IMG/VR virus record: IMGVR_UViG_3300025929_000012 | Coordinates: 1 to 64,000 of that record | Source of the DNA: a virus | Reading direction: 5' to 3' (one strand) | DNA: 64,000 nt | In this document: positions 27,265-36,726 of the stretch, piece by piece | Layout of the letters: every line of letters begins with the position of its first letter | Numbering within the stretch: position 1 is the first letter of the stretch | Translations under genes and position numbers: made by a program | Notes under the pieces: model-generated | Told to the model about the DNA's origin: nothing | The model's database searches: none | What the model saw: only the letters and a program-made list of their open reading frames with translations

Positions 27265-27863
27265 CGGACGAGGTTACGGGGAAACCCCCCGCCGACCCGC
27301 AGACCCGGCTCGCGCTGCGGTCCTGGCAGGTTGACCGGGCGGCGATGGCTGTCCGGTCGCTGAACGCCCCGCTGGGCAGGCGGCCCAACTGGATCGCGAA
27401 GGCGATGGCTGCCCCGGCCGGGAACTGGCCCCATGACCAGCCGATAACCGCGACGTGCGCGCTGCCGAAGCCACGCCGGAAGAAAGACGACGACGAGGAG
27501 CCGCACGGGCCGGTCCCTGAACCGCAGTGCAGTTGCGGGATCTACGCCACCACTGACCTTGAGGTCATCAACGGCTACCTGTCCCGGACGGCGCCGGTCC
27601 TGGGGATCGTGGAGCTGGGCGGGCGGCTGATCCCCGCTACCCAGGGGTACCGGGCTGCCTGTGCGAGGGTCGCGGTGATCCTCCTCATCGATGAGGCGCT
27701 GACGGAGCCATGGGGGGTGCTGCGGGACCTCGCCGCCGCCTACCGGGTCCCTGCTGTCGTGCCGCATTCAGCGTCAGCCGAGGATTACCGGGAGGTCGCG
27801 GGGCTTCCGACGCTGGCCGGTGAGGCGGAGGCGTGGCTGCGCCAAATGGACGGCATGACCTGA
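27261..27863 (+). CDS. Hypothetical protein with HxxxPxxxCxCGIYA motif
   Basis: ALRSW..ATC..HGPVPEPQCSCGIYA..VLGIVELGG..GYRA. Confidence 0.7.
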   Translation: MTDEVTGKPPADPQTRLALRSWQVDRAAMAVRSLNAPLGRRPNWIAKAMAAPAGNWPHDQPITATCALPKPRRKKDDDEEPHGPVPEPQCSCGIYATTDLEVINGYLSRTAPVLGIVELGGRLIPATQGYRAACARVAVILLIDEALTEPWGVLRDLAAAYRVPAVVPHSASAEDYREVAGLPTLAGEAEAWLRQMDGMT

Positions 27864-27915
27864 CTGGTCAGCGCTATGTTACTGACAGTGAAGAATCCGG
27901 GACGGGAGGGGATTG

Positions 27916-28122
27916 ATGACCGCCGAAGACAAGCCGGAGCCGTTGAACCGGGCCGCGCTGGACCGGGCCTACGTCGCCGTCTTCAAGGCCATCACGGAGG
28001 GCAGGAACCATGTTGCCGCCGCAGTGCTGCGGGACCTTGCCCCGGAGAACCTGACTGAGCTGGCCGTGATCTGCGGGGACGTCCGGACCATGGCCGAGGC
28101 CGCGCGGGAGGGCCGGAAGTGA
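27916..28122 (+). CDS. Hypothetical protein
   Basis: RBS GGAGG. Confidence 0.55.
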   Translation: MTAEDKPEPLNRAALDRAYVAVFKAITEGRNHVAAAVLRDLAPENLTELAVICGDVRTMAEAAREGRK

Positions 28123-28913
28123 CCGACGTTGAGACGCCGCGACCTGCGCCAGTGGCGGACGCCGACAAGGTGCTCGCGGACCTGGCCGCCTTCTGGGCGA
28201 ACCCGGAGCCAGCGCGGTTCACTGGCGAGGTCCCTGGGCGGATCGCGGGCGGCAAGTGGGACCAGCCGGTGCCCGACGGCACCGCGAACCCGTACTGGGA
28301 GATCATCCGGCAACTCCCCCTCGATGATTCGATGCTGTCATGGAAGGTCCGCCCGGAGCCGGTGACGCACCTGTTCACCGACGGCCCGGCCGGGTACCGG
28401 GAACTGGCGGACCGGTTCGCGCTGTGCGGCACGTTCGCGTGGTCGATCTGCTCCCCTGGTGACATCACCTGGATGAAGGGGATCCTCGGCGGGCGGGGCG
28501 TCGTGGAGCCGGGAGCGGGCAGCGGCTACTGGGCGTGGCAGCTGCGGCAGGCAGGCGTTGACGTCGCCGCCTGCGACCCGAACGAGGCCGGCGAGGGCAA
28601 CTGGTACGCCCGCCGCCGCGAGTGGACGACGGTCCTCCGCGACGACCACGACGCCCCAAAGCGCCACCCGGACAGGGCCCTGTTCCTCTGCTGGCCGTCC
28701 TACAACGAGCCGTGGGCAGCGCAGTCCCTCGCCTGCTACACCGGGGACCTCCTCATCTACGCCGGCGAGGGCGAGGGCGGCTGCACCGCTGACAGCGCGT
28801 TCTTCGAGCTCCGTGACGCCGAGTGGGAGGAGATCGGGGACTCCCCGGCGCACATCAGCTACTGGGGCATCCACTGCAACCTGACCGCCTACAGCCGCAA
28901 GGGCGCGTCGTAA
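28119..28913 (+). CDS. Class I SAM-dependent methyltransferase-like protein
   Basis: VVEPGAGSGYWA, ACD, LFLCWP, IYAGE..GCTA. Confidence 0.75.
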   Translation: MTDVETPRPAPVADADKVLADLAAFWANPEPARFTGEVPGRIAGGKWDQPVPDGTANPYWEIIRQLPLDDSMLSWKVRPEPVTHLFTDGPAGYRELADRFALCGTFAWSICSPGDITWMKGILGGRGVVEPGAGSGYWAWQLRQAGVDVAACDPNEAGEGNWYARRREWTTVLRDDHDAPKRHPDRALFLCWPSYNEPWAAQSLACYTGDLLIYAGEGEGGCTADSAFFELRDAEWEEIGDSPAHISYWGIHCNLTAYSRKGAS

Positions 28914-28922
28914 CGCAAAACA

Positions 28923-28962
28923 GGCCCGCCCTGCTCCCCCGTCAAGGGAAGCAGGGCGGGCC
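28923..28962. terminator. Intrinsic terminator at the early/late convergence point
   Basis: 13-bp stem GGCCCGCCCTGCT/AGCAGGGCGGGCC with T-run on the - strand. Confidence 0.8.
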
Positions 28963-28981
28963 GTTGCCGCTAAGTGAGGGT

Positions 28982-29359
28982 TTACGGCCCTGCGCGGGCC
29001 GGGGGAACTGGCGGCGGCGCGGGCGCGACCGGCGTCTGGTGGGCGCGGAGGACGATGGCGAGGACCGCGACGTCGGCGACGTTCACCGCGGACACGGTCG
29101 CTGCCGTGATGTGCGGGACCCCGAACGCGACGAGGCAGACGAGGATCGCGGTTAGACCGCCGGTCAGGATGGGGACGGAGACGGGCCGGGTAGCTGCGGC
29201 GACGATGATGGCCGCGACTCCCGCCGCCGCCGCCTCGAGCGCCCCCGTCTCCCCGGCGGTCAGGGTCAGCCCGAGGGCCAGCCCGATGCCGAGGCCAGCC
29301 TGGCAGAGGCCGGTAACCATCGCCGGCTCATTGCGGATGGTGCGGGTGATCGCGTCCAA
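28982..29359 (-). CDS. Holin
   Basis: Multi-TM small protein, NEPA..A.TRP..R..TP; near lysin. Confidence 0.75.
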   Translation of the reverse strand: MDAITRTIRNEPAMVTGLCQAGLGIGLALGLTLTAGETGALEAAAAGVAAIIVAAATRPVSVPILTGGLTAILVCLVAFGVPHITAATVSAVNVADVAVLAIVLRAHQTPVAPAPPPVPPARAGP

Positions 29360-29397
29360 CGGGGCACCCCCTATGACGGTGCACTACAATGACAGTC

Positions 29398-29694
29398 ATG
29401 CAGGACGTTGAGCTGACCCTGAAGGCGGCGCGGGTCCTCCGGGCGTTCCTTGAGGACCCCGCAAGGCCCCGGTACGGGCTGGAGCTGATGAAGGCCACGG
29501 GGATGGTCAGCGGCACCTTGTACCCGATCCTCGCGAGGCTCGAAAGAGCCGGGTGGCTGGCCGCGGAGAAGGAGGACGTCGACCCGCGCGTGGCAGGCCG
29601 GCCGCCCCGCATGCACTACGTGATCACTGATGAGGCGGTCCCGGTGGCCCGCGTGAGGCTGGCCTCGATCGCCGCCGAGCTCGGGGGGCGATGA
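29398..29694 (+). CDS. PadR-family regulator
   Basis: YGLELMKATG..SGTLYPILARLE.AGWL..GRPPR..Y.IT; TACAAT-7nt-ATG. Confidence 0.85.
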   Translation: MQDVELTLKAARVLRAFLEDPARPRYGLELMKATGMVSGTLYPILARLERAGWLAAEKEDVDPRVAGRPPRMHYVITDEAVPVARVRLASIAAELGGR

Positions 29695-29888
29695 TGTCAG
29701 CTGACACCGGGCCGAAGGGGATGGCGGTCATCCGCTGGATAGCTGAGCACCCGGGCTGCTCTAAAGCCGAGGCGGCCAAGGGGGCTAACGCAAGCTATGA
29801 CTCGGTTGAGAGGCTAATCCGGCGGGGCGTGGTGATCGCGGAGGAGACCTCTTACCGCTACCGGCTGTACCTGGCTGGCAGCGCTTAG
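29691..29888 (+). CDS. Small winged-helix-like protein
   Basis: IAEHPGCSKAEAA..VERLIRRG..YRLY. Confidence 0.6.
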   Translation: MMSADTGPKGMAVIRWIAEHPGCSKAEAAKGANASYDSVERLIRRGVVIAEETSYRYRLYLAGSA

Positions 29889-30841
29889 GCGCCGATCAAA
29901 ACTCCCCAGGTGAGGGGCCCGCAGACCCCATCGGGAGCGAGCCCGAAATGCCGTTGCACCGCTTGGAGCGTTATCTTGGTCGCCGGCCCGAACGTGCCGT
30001 CGATGACAGCCGGGTAGCCGCGCGCGGTGCATAGTGCCTGGAGGGTGCGGACGGCTGGCCCGGTGGCGCCCTGGGAGAGGACGGGGAGCCTCGTGACGGG
30101 CACGGGGACAGGCGGCGGCCGGCCGGGGACGGGGACTGGCTTCGCCGGCGGCACCGGGACGGGCTTCGGGGCGGGACCGGCGGCGGGCCAGCCGAGCGCG
30201 GCGAGCTCCCCGATCGTCCCCCGCCAGACGGAGCAGTCACAGGTGCCGACGCCGGGTACCGGGTAGGCATCGGTGAACTGCCACAGCAAGTGGTTCCCGC
30301 CCGGCTCGTTGTTCCGGTAGGCAGCGACCCAGTGCGGTGACATGCCGGCGGCCTGCCCGAATGACAGCCCTGAGTACAGCCACGGCATTGCCCGGGGCCC
30401 GTACGCGGCGGTGATGACCGCTGACCACTGCCGCCACCGGGCGTACTGCGCTGAGGCGGGGCCTTCCTCGATGTCGCAGATGAGCTTCTCGCCGGGGCGG
30501 AGGTTCCCGACGAGCCTGACGAGGGCGTGGGCCTGCTCGGCGGCGTCCTGCCCGGCGACCAGGTAGGCGTACATCCCTACGAAGGCCGCCCCGCCAGCGT
30601 GGAGGAAGTCCCTGCGCTGCCCGCCGTACCACGCCCGGTCAACCTGGGTTCCGTACATCGCGCGGAAAATGATGGCACGGGACCAGGCCAGGTAGGCACC
30701 CGTGATGTTCGGCTGCCAAACCGAAATGTCCGCTAGCAGCACGCGCGGCCCGGCGGCCTCGGGCACTGACGCCGCGAGGGTGCCGTCGCTGTCCTCATGC
30801 CCGGCGCGGAACATGACCGGCTGGCCTTCGGGGTCGCTCAC
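29885..30841 (-). CDS. Endolysin, GH25-like muramidase plus peptidoglycan-binding domain
   Basis: ADISVWQ..CDIEE..WVAAY..LWQFT; Pro linker; G.TG.AV..LQ..DGTFGP.T..DGVCGP.TW; RBS GAGGAG. Confidence 0.9.
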   Translation of the reverse strand: MSDPEGQPVMFRAGHEDSDGTLAASVPEAAGPRVLLADISVWQPNITGAYLAWSRAIIFRAMYGTQVDRAWYGGQRRDFLHAGGAAFVGMYAYLVAGQDAAEQAHALVRLVGNLRPGEKLICDIEEGPASAQYARWRQWSAVITAAYGPRAMPWLYSGLSFGQAAGMSPHWVAAYRNNEPGGNHLLWQFTDAYPVPGVGTCDCSVWRGTIGELAALGWPAAGPAPKPVPVPPAKPVPVPGRPPPVPVPVTRLPVLSQGATGPAVRTLQALCTARGYPAVIDGTFGPATKITLQAVQRHFGLAPDGVCGPLTWGVLIGA

Positions 30842-30999
30842 GGAAGCCTCCTCGCGTGGCATCAGGTGCCCGTCCCGGCCCTGGTCGTAGAGCCGCTCAC
30901 CGTGTCCGGGCGGGGCGGGGCGCGGACGGCGACGCCAGCGGGGCATGGCCTGCCTCCCCCGCTTTGCCGGTCTATCGAAAATCGTGGTACCGTGGACTC

Positions 31000-31326
31000 G
31001 TGACAGTTAGCTCAGCCCGCATCCGCGTGTCCATGGTCGTCCTGGACGTCCTGGACGCCATCGACAGTTCCCCGGCCGATGACCCTGCGTGGGGCTTGCG
31101 GCTGTGCGAGCAGACCGGTCACGGCCCGGGTACCGTCTACCCGGCGCTGGACAAGCTGCTGAAGGCCGGGTGGATCGCTGACCGGTGGGAGGACCCGCAG
31201 CCCGCAGACAGGCCCCGCAGGCGCTTCTACGCCCTCACTGACGGGGGCCGGGCCATGTACCGGGCCGCGCTAGCCAGCCGTGAGGCGCGGCGCGCGGTAT
31301 GGTCGCGCGCCGGGGAGGCCCGGTGA
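31000..31326 (+). CDS. PadR-family regulator
   Basis: WGLRLCEQTG..PGTVYPAL..L..GWI..WE..RPRRRFY.LT; TACCGT-6nt-GTG. Confidence 0.85.
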   Translation: MTVSSARIRVSMVVLDVLDAIDSSPADDPAWGLRLCEQTGHGPGTVYPALDKLLKAGWIADRWEDPQPADRPRRRFYALTDGGRAMYRAALASREARRAVWSRAGEAR

Positions 31327-31718
31327 TCTGCAAGGAATGCGGCACCGTGTTCTGCTGGGATGAGGCGGCCGAGGCGGGTGGAGAGCGCAGGGAGTACTGC
31401 TCCCGGAAGTGCAAGCGCACGAGCCAGGCCCGCAGGCGTGGTCACCGCCACCTCACGGAGGAGCAGAGAGCCAAGATGGCCGCATGCGCAGCCAACGGGA
31501 AGGTCGGCTACCCGGGTCCTGTGGCCGCGGCGCGGGCGGCAGCCGAGATAGCGGCGAGGAAAGGGCACGACTACAGGCCGCTGACGCCGTACAGGTGCCC
31601 GTGCGGGTGGTGGCACCTCACCAAGGCGAAGGCGAAGCTAAAGTACCTTGACCGCTTGGCGAAGATTCCCGGCGGGACCGAAGCGCTCCTGATACTACCT
31701 CCCGCCGCGTCCCGGTGA
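31323..31718 (+). CDS. Zn-binding hypothetical protein
   Basis: CKECG..YCS..C; C..KVGY..YRCP.CGWWHLT. Confidence 0.65.
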   Translation: MICKECGTVFCWDEAAEAGGERREYCSRKCKRTSQARRRGHRHLTEEQRAKMAACAANGKVGYPGPVAAARAAAEIAARKGHDYRPLTPYRCPCGWWHLTKAKAKLKYLDRLAKIPGGTEALLILPPAASR

Positions 31719-31753
31719 ACTGCGATCGGCCGCGGCGTCTCCCCTGGTAGCGG

Positions 31754-32089
31754 TCAGTAGCTCTCGAGCACGTCGGCGGCGGGGACGGTGATGGTCTCGC
31801 CGCCGCTGACCACGCGGACATAGGGTTGATAGAGACCCGGCGCGAGTGCCCCGGTGGCGCCCGATCCGACCTGGCAGCGGGCGCGGAAGGTGCCGTCAGC
31901 GGCGGCGACCCAGTCCGCTGCCAGCCACGTCGCGGCATCGGGGGAGTTGCCGACGAGGACGAACGCGACGGTGACGGGGACCGCTGCGGTGACCGGGTTG
32001 ACGGGGGTGCCGTCGTCGGCCTCCAGGGTGAGCATGGAGATGAGCACGTTGTGAACGGGGTCAGTGCTGACGATGCGCGCCAGGCCCAT
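31754..32089 (-). CDS. Small tail/baseplate-associated (BppU-like) protein
   Basis: Beta-rich; L..G.Y..YVRV..ET; follows tail fibre. Confidence 0.55.
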   Translation of the reverse strand: MGLARIVSTDPVHNVLISMLTLEADDGTPVNPVTAAVPVTVAFVLVGNSPDAATWLAADWVAAADGTFRARCQVGSGATGALAPGLYQPYVRVVSGGETITVPAADVLESY

Positions 32090-34494
32090 CAGGTGCTCAC
32101 TTCCCCCGTCGTGATCTCGGTGGCCACTGAGGAGGCGACTGCCTCGGCGGCGACTGCCCCGGCCTTGATCTCACTGGCGATCCCTGCTGCGGTGACCGGG
32201 GTGACGATGATCCCGGCGCGGACCCGGGGCACGATCCGCCCGGCGATCATGACCAGGAACGTGACGGTGAACGACCCGGTTGCGATGGTGACGGTGAACG
32301 CGGTGCCGGTGAGGAAGATCCCGGACAGGACCGCCCCGGCAGCCACCGTGACGGTGACCGAGGTCCCGGCGATCGCCAGCCGTGCCGTGAACGCGGCCGT
32401 AGCAGCCGTGCCGGACGACGCGCTGCCCGTGAGGACCGCTGTCCAGGTGAAGCCCCCGGCCGTCCCGGACGCGACAGTAGCCGCCCCGGACACGGTCATC
32501 GTGAGGGTGAGGGAGCCTGACGTGGTTCCCGTGGTGACGGCGGCCCCGGTGAGGCGCCCCGGCGCGGTGAGGTCGCCGGCCGCCGAGGACGCCGTGGACG
32601 CTGAGCCGGCGAGCAGCGCGGACCAGGCGAGGTTCCCCGCGGTAGCCGAGGCCGAGGCGGCGGTGCCCGTGACCGCCGCTGCCTGCGCCAGTGCCCCGGC
32701 GGCAGCGCTCGGGGTAGCGGCGGTTCCCGCGATAGCCCAGTTGACGGTGCCGGACGTGACGGTGAGGTCACCTGCGCCGGCGGACGCTGATACTGCGGTG
32801 CCCGTGAGGACCGCTGTCCATGCTAGTGCCCCGGACGTGGCGCTCGAGGTGGCCGCGGTGCCGGTGACCGGAGCCAGCCACGCGAGCGTGCCCGTAGCCG
32901 AGGACGCGGCTGCCGAGGTGCCGGAGACCACGGCGGACCAGGTCAGGCTGCCCGCGGTGGTTCCCGCGGTCGCAGAGGCCCCGCCGAGGGCCATCGCCTG
33001 CGTGAGCGCCCCGGAGGCGGCTGTGAGGGACGCCGCGGTGCCCGTGAGCGCCATCGCCTGGGCGAGGCTGCCTGCGGACGATGACGGTGATGCTGAGGAC
33101 CCGGCCAGGGCAGCGGACCACGCCAGTGACCCTGTGGTCGCGGAAGCGGATGATGCGGTGCCGGATACCAGGGCGAGCCACGCCAGCGTCCCGGAGGCGG
33201 ACGACAGCGCGGCGGAGGTCCCGGAGGCCGTCATCGCCTGGGTGAAGCCGCCGGCTGCCGCTGATGCCTTCGCCGCGGTACCTGAGAGGGCTGCCTGCCA
33301 TGCCAGCGCGCCCGCGCCCGCGGACGGCGCCGTCGCGGTGCCCGCAAGGACCATGGCCTGCGCGAGCGCCCCGGAGGCGGTCGCCGTGCCGGGAGCCGTC
33401 CCGGACAGGGCCATCGCCTGGGTGAGCGTGCCTGACGCGGAGCTGGCCGACGCCGCAGGCCCGGACACGGCCATCGCCTGCGTGAAGGCCCCGGACGCGG
33501 CGGAGGATGAGGCGGCAGGCCCGGACAGGGCAGCGGACCATGCGAGGCTGCCGGCGGAGGATGACAGCGAGGCCGAGGTCCCTGAGATGACCGCTGTCCA
33601 CGCGAGCGCCCCGGCGGTAGCCGCTGAGTCGGGCGCGGTCCCGGCCAGGACCGTTACCTGCGTGAAGCTACCTGCGGCGGTCGCTGAGTCCGGTGCGGTG
33701 CCCGCGAGGGCCATGGCCTGGGCGAGCGATCCTGAGGTCGTGGCGGCCTTCGACGCCGTCCCGGCCAGCGCTGCGGACCATGCCAGCGATCCCGTGGTCG
33801 TGCATGCCGCCGTCGCGGTCCCGGTGAGCGCCCAGGTGGTGGTGCCGAGCTTGAACGCGCCGAGCAGCGAGCCCCACTGGGCGGTGCCGGTGTACGCCCA
33901 TGACGTGGTCTCAGCACTGCCGGTGGACGACTTGTAATCAACGAACAGGGTGGAGAAGGAAGAGGCGTTGACGTTCTTGGCGTCGGCGGTCCACCCGGTG
34001 GAGTTGCCTATGGTGACGGCGTAGCCGGGGTCCCCGTAGATCCCCATCAGGTACTCGCCGGACACGGCGGCGGTGTAGGCGCCGCACGTCGCGGGGGACG
34101 TGACGCCGTGGCCGGGGGCGGGGACGCCGTCGCACATCGCGGTGGTGTTCCCGGCGAGGAGCCCGGAGACCTCTTGCACGAGGATCGACGCGCCGAAGTT
34201 CGTGGTGATCGTCGCGGTCAGGGTCGGCTTGGCCCCGACGTCGCCGGCGGGGGTGTCGAGGGCGTACAGGCCGGTGAAGCAGTTGGCGTTGGACGTGTAG
34301 CTCGTGATGAGCGTCCAGGTGTTCAGCGCGCCGTCCTTGACGGACGTGACCGGGTTGCCTCCGGTGCTGAAGGACACGACGACGACGACGATGACCTTGG
34401 TGCCGGCTGTGAGGTTCGCGGTGGTGAACGCTACGGCGACGTTCCCGGACCCGGCGTTGGTGGCCGAGTTGGACTGGATCCGCGTCCACGCCAT
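32089..34494 (-). CDS. Repeat-rich tail fibre/minor tail protein
   Basis: Many tandem repeats of about 20 aa (ALxGTAxxxSAxxGxL[AW/TQ]) after a beta-rich N-term domain. Confidence 0.75.
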   Translation of the reverse strand: MAWTRIQSNSATNAGSGNVAVAFTTANLTAGTKVIVVVVVSFSTGGNPVTSVKDGALNTWTLITSYTSNANCFTGLYALDTPAGDVGAKPTLTATITTNFGASILVQEVSGLLAGNTTAMCDGVPAPGHGVTSPATCGAYTAAVSGEYLMGIYGDPGYAVTIGNSTGWTADAKNVNASSFSTLFVDYKSSTGSAETTSWAYTGTAQWGSLLGAFKLGTTTWALTGTATAACTTTGSLAWSAALAGTASKAATTSGSLAQAMALAGTAPDSATAAGSFTQVTVLAGTAPDSAATAGALAWTAVISGTSASLSSSAGSLAWSAALSGPAASSSAASGAFTQAMAVSGPAASASSASGTLTQAMALSGTAPGTATASGALAQAMVLAGTATAPSAGAGALAWQAALSGTAAKASAAAGGFTQAMTASGTSAALSSASGTLAWLALVSGTASSASATTGSLAWSAALAGSSASPSSSAGSLAQAMALTGTAASLTAASGALTQAMALGGASATAGTTAGSLTWSAVVSGTSAAASSATGTLAWLAPVTGTAATSSATSGALAWTAVLTGTAVSASAGAGDLTVTSGTVNWAIAGTAATPSAAAGALAQAAAVTGTAASASATAGNLAWSALLAGSASTASSAAGDLTAPGRLTGAAVTTGTTSGSLTLTMTVSGAATVASGTAGGFTWTAVLTGSASSGTAATAAFTARLAIAGTSVTVTVAAGAVLSGIFLTGTAFTVTIATGSFTVTFLVMIAGRIVPRVRAGIIVTPVTAAGIASEIKAGAVAAEAVASSVATEITTGEVST

Positions 34495-34512
34495 AACGGC
34501 CTCTTCAGGGGA

Positions 34513-34818
34513 TCAGCGGTGCCCGGGGCGCGGGAGGCCCGTCACGGGGACGGCGATGACGGCGACGGGGCAGCGGTGCGCCCAGCGACCGAGATCAGCG
34601 CAGTCCCGGCAGGTGGCCATGCCCGCTGTTGCGGCGATGTCCTCGTGGGTGGCGCACAGGTGCAGGTCACGGGCGTGGCGGCAGGCGCAGATGCGGCGGA
34701 ACGGGGCTGCAGGGGTGGCTCCGCAGTCCTGCCCGGTGTGGTCAATAAACGCGGCGCACGGCCAGGCGCGGGGGACGCGCAGGTCAGGCGCGACCGGCTC
34801 AATCAGATGGACGGCCAC
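34513..34818 (-). CDS. Cys-rich small protein
   Basis: WPC..CGA..CAC.H..LC..H..TCRDC..HRC. Confidence 0.5.
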   Translation of the reverse strand: MAVHLIEPVAPDLRVPRAWPCAAFIDHTGQDCGATPAAPFRRICACRHARDLHLCATHEDIAATAGMATCRDCADLGRWAHRCPVAVIAVPVTGLPRPGHR

Positions 34819-34832
34819 GGTGGGCGACTCCC

Positions 34833-35261
34833 TTACAAGGTGCAAGTAAAGGCCGCTGCAGCCGCCGTCAAACTGTCCCCGACAAGAGGCGTCCGGGCGT
34901 TCGCCAAAAGGAAACTCGCGAGCACGAGGCTGGTCGTGCCCGACACGGCGTCGGTGAGGACCGCCCACGTGCAGGTTCCCGGCCCGGCGGTGGTGATCGG
35001 ACCGTAGGTGATCGTGCCCGCGTTGGAGATGACGGACGGGGACGCGGCGGTGGCGGCACCGGGGCCGAAGACCTGCCTCGCGTACCCGTCAGCGGTGCTG
35101 AACTCGGTCAGCGCCGCCATGGTCAGGTCGGTCGCGTTCGGCGCGGCAGTAATCAGCGCCAGCCAGATAGACCCGGCAGCGGCGCTCTGCGTCTTCCTGA
35201 AGATCGCTTCGAGCGCGATCTGCTCGCCGTGCTCGTTGAGCTGCCCGGATGCGAGCGCCAT
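34833..35261 (-). CDS. Minor tail protein
   Basis: WLAL.T..E..GYARQ..SN..IT.GP. Confidence 0.7.
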   Translation of the reverse strand: MALASGQLNEHGEQIALEAIFRKTQSAAAGSIWLALITAAPNATDLTMAALTEFSTADGYARQVFGPGAATAASPSVISNAGTITYGPITTAGPGTCTWAVLTDAVSGTTSLVLASFLLANARTPLVGDSLTAAAAAFTCTL

Positions 35262-35528
35262 TCAGATCGCCTCCCCGTCCGTGACCTCGGTGAAGTGGGT
35301 GGAGAGGAACTCCGGGCTGACCGCCGTGTTGCGCGGCACCCCGGTCTTGTCCTTCCACGCGACGATGACCGCGCCGGTCTCCTCGTCGGTGCCCGCGTGC
35401 TCCACTTCGGTGCCGTGGGGCATGTCGAGGTCGCGCATCTCAGCCGGCAGTTCCCGGCCGTGCTCAGTGGCGTGGTGCTCACCGAAGCCGAGCGACTCCG
35501 GGTGGTCGTAGACGTACTTCGCTGGCAT
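35262..35528 (-). CDS. Hypothetical virion-region protein
   Basis: RBS GAGAGG; abuts next gene. Confidence 0.6.
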   Translation of the reverse strand: MPAKYVYDHPESLGFGEHHATEHGRELPAEMRDLDMPHGTEVEHAGTDEETGAVIVAWKDKTGVPRNTAVSPEFLSTHFTEVTDGEAI

Positions 35529-35571
35529 CAGTGCCTCTCTCAGGGCCGGGATACGGGGAAAGGGCGGGAAC

Positions 35572-35600
35572 TTGCCTCCCACGTCTTTACCAGGTAAAGT
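35572..35600 (+). promoter_or_regulatory. Promoter with palindromic operator (copy 3), leaderless
   Basis: TTGCCT-17-TAAAGT; CTTTACCAGGTAAAG at 35585-35599; ATG 7 nt downstream. Confidence 0.75.
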
Positions 35601-35607
35601 AAATGGC

Positions 35608-35838
35608 ATGACTAGCGTCCACGTACTGCAGGCCGTTACGCCTGCGGAGCTCCTGGCGGCTGAGGATGTCCCGGCAGGCGCTGCCCTCGTGCTTGACTGC
35701 TCATGCGGCGCGGAGATCCCGTGTGGTGGAGACGACGCCGATGCGGTCGAAGCGGCGTTCCAGGGGCACGTTCCCGGCAGCACTCTGGTGCGGGCCGGGA
35801 TGAACCTGCACGGCTCATGGCTGGAAGCGCCACAGTGA
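35608..35838 (+). CDS. Hypothetical protein (antisense cassette)
   Basis: Leaderless start; DCSCG..F..H. Confidence 0.6.
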   Translation: MTSVHVLQAVTPAELLAAEDVPAGAALVLDCSCGAEIPCGGDDADAVEAAFQGHVPGSTLVRAGMNLHGSWLEAPQ

Positions 35839-36095
35839 GCGCCGGCGAGGTGACCACTGCGGGCCTCGAAGGGGCTAACGGCAATGAGCTGACCGTTGAC
35901 GAGGTCAAGGCCATCCGCAGTCTCCACCGGCTAGCCAAGCGCTGGCCGCAGACGCTCAAGCTCGTCAGCATGGGCGGCTCGCTCTACGTGATCCACACGG
36001 CCGATGAGCGGTTCAACGACCCGTTCGCCCTCGTGCGAGGCGAAGCGATCCTTGACACCATCTTCGGCATTCCGAACGACGGGGGCGACTGGTGA
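35835..36095 (+). CDS. Hypothetical protein (antisense cassette)
   Basis: GTGA overlap; RLAKRWP.TL..GIPNDGGDW. Confidence 0.65.
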   Translation: MSAGEVTTAGLEGANGNELTVDEVKAIRSLHRLAKRWPQTLKLVSMGGSLYVIHTADERFNDPFALVRGEAILDTIFGIPNDGGDW

Positions 36096-36136
36096 ACGTG
36101 CCGGGGCGCACGCCGTCCCGCCCTGCCCGGGCCATC

Positions 36137-36709
36137 TCAGGTTGCGGTGCCTGCCCCGGCGATTGACCCGAACACGCTGTTGCAAGCGAACTGGATGTCG
36201 CTGTCGGGGGGCTGCAGCTGGACGGTTCCGGTCGCCCCGCCTGCGATGGTCCCGGGAACGGGAATCGTGAACGTGTCCGCCCCGGTGACGGTGACCTGCC
36301 ACACGCCGTTGACGGCGTCGTTGACCTGGTGCCCGGCGATGGTGACCCACTGCCCGTCTGACAGGCCGTGCGCTGCGGTGGCCGTGATGGCGGCGGGGAA
36401 CGCGCCCGTGGTGGACGCGACCGGGATGAACGGCCCGACGTCGGCGGCGACGGACACGTTCGACGCGACCGCCCACGCGAACTGCGCAACCCACGGCACC
36501 CCGATAGCAGCGCCGGCGCCGGATGGCAGCCGGGACCCTTGCAGGATCGCGGCGGCGAGGTTGTGCCGCAACTGGTACGTGGTGAGGTCCATCGACCCGA
36601 CCGCCTCAGCGGCCACGTCGACCGCCGCGGTGACCATCGCGGCCTGAACCCTGGCCTGGAACAGCGGGTCGGTGGCGAGGAGCGCGGTGGCCTGGAGGCT
36701 GGCGGGCAT
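36137..36709 (-). CDS. Tail-associated protein with E1-FCCH-like beta domain
   Basis: IT.TAAHGL.DGQ.VTI.G..NG.W.VTV..TFTI. Confidence 0.65.
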   Translation of the reverse strand: MPASLQATALLATDPLFQARVQAAMVTAAVDVAAEAVGSMDLTTYQLRHNLAAAILQGSRLPSGAGAAIGVPWVAQFAWAVASNVSVAADVGPFIPVASTTGAFPAAITATAAHGLSDGQWVTIAGHQVNDAVNGVWQVTVTGADTFTIPVPGTIAGGATGTVQLQPPDSDIQFACNSVFGSIAGAGTAT

Positions 36710-36726
36710 CGGGGGTCCTTTCCGGG

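Noticed and set aside
32500-33830. CRISPR-like periodic repeats
   Set aside because: Degenerate in-frame coding repeats with no constant repeat/unique spacer structure; no cas genes
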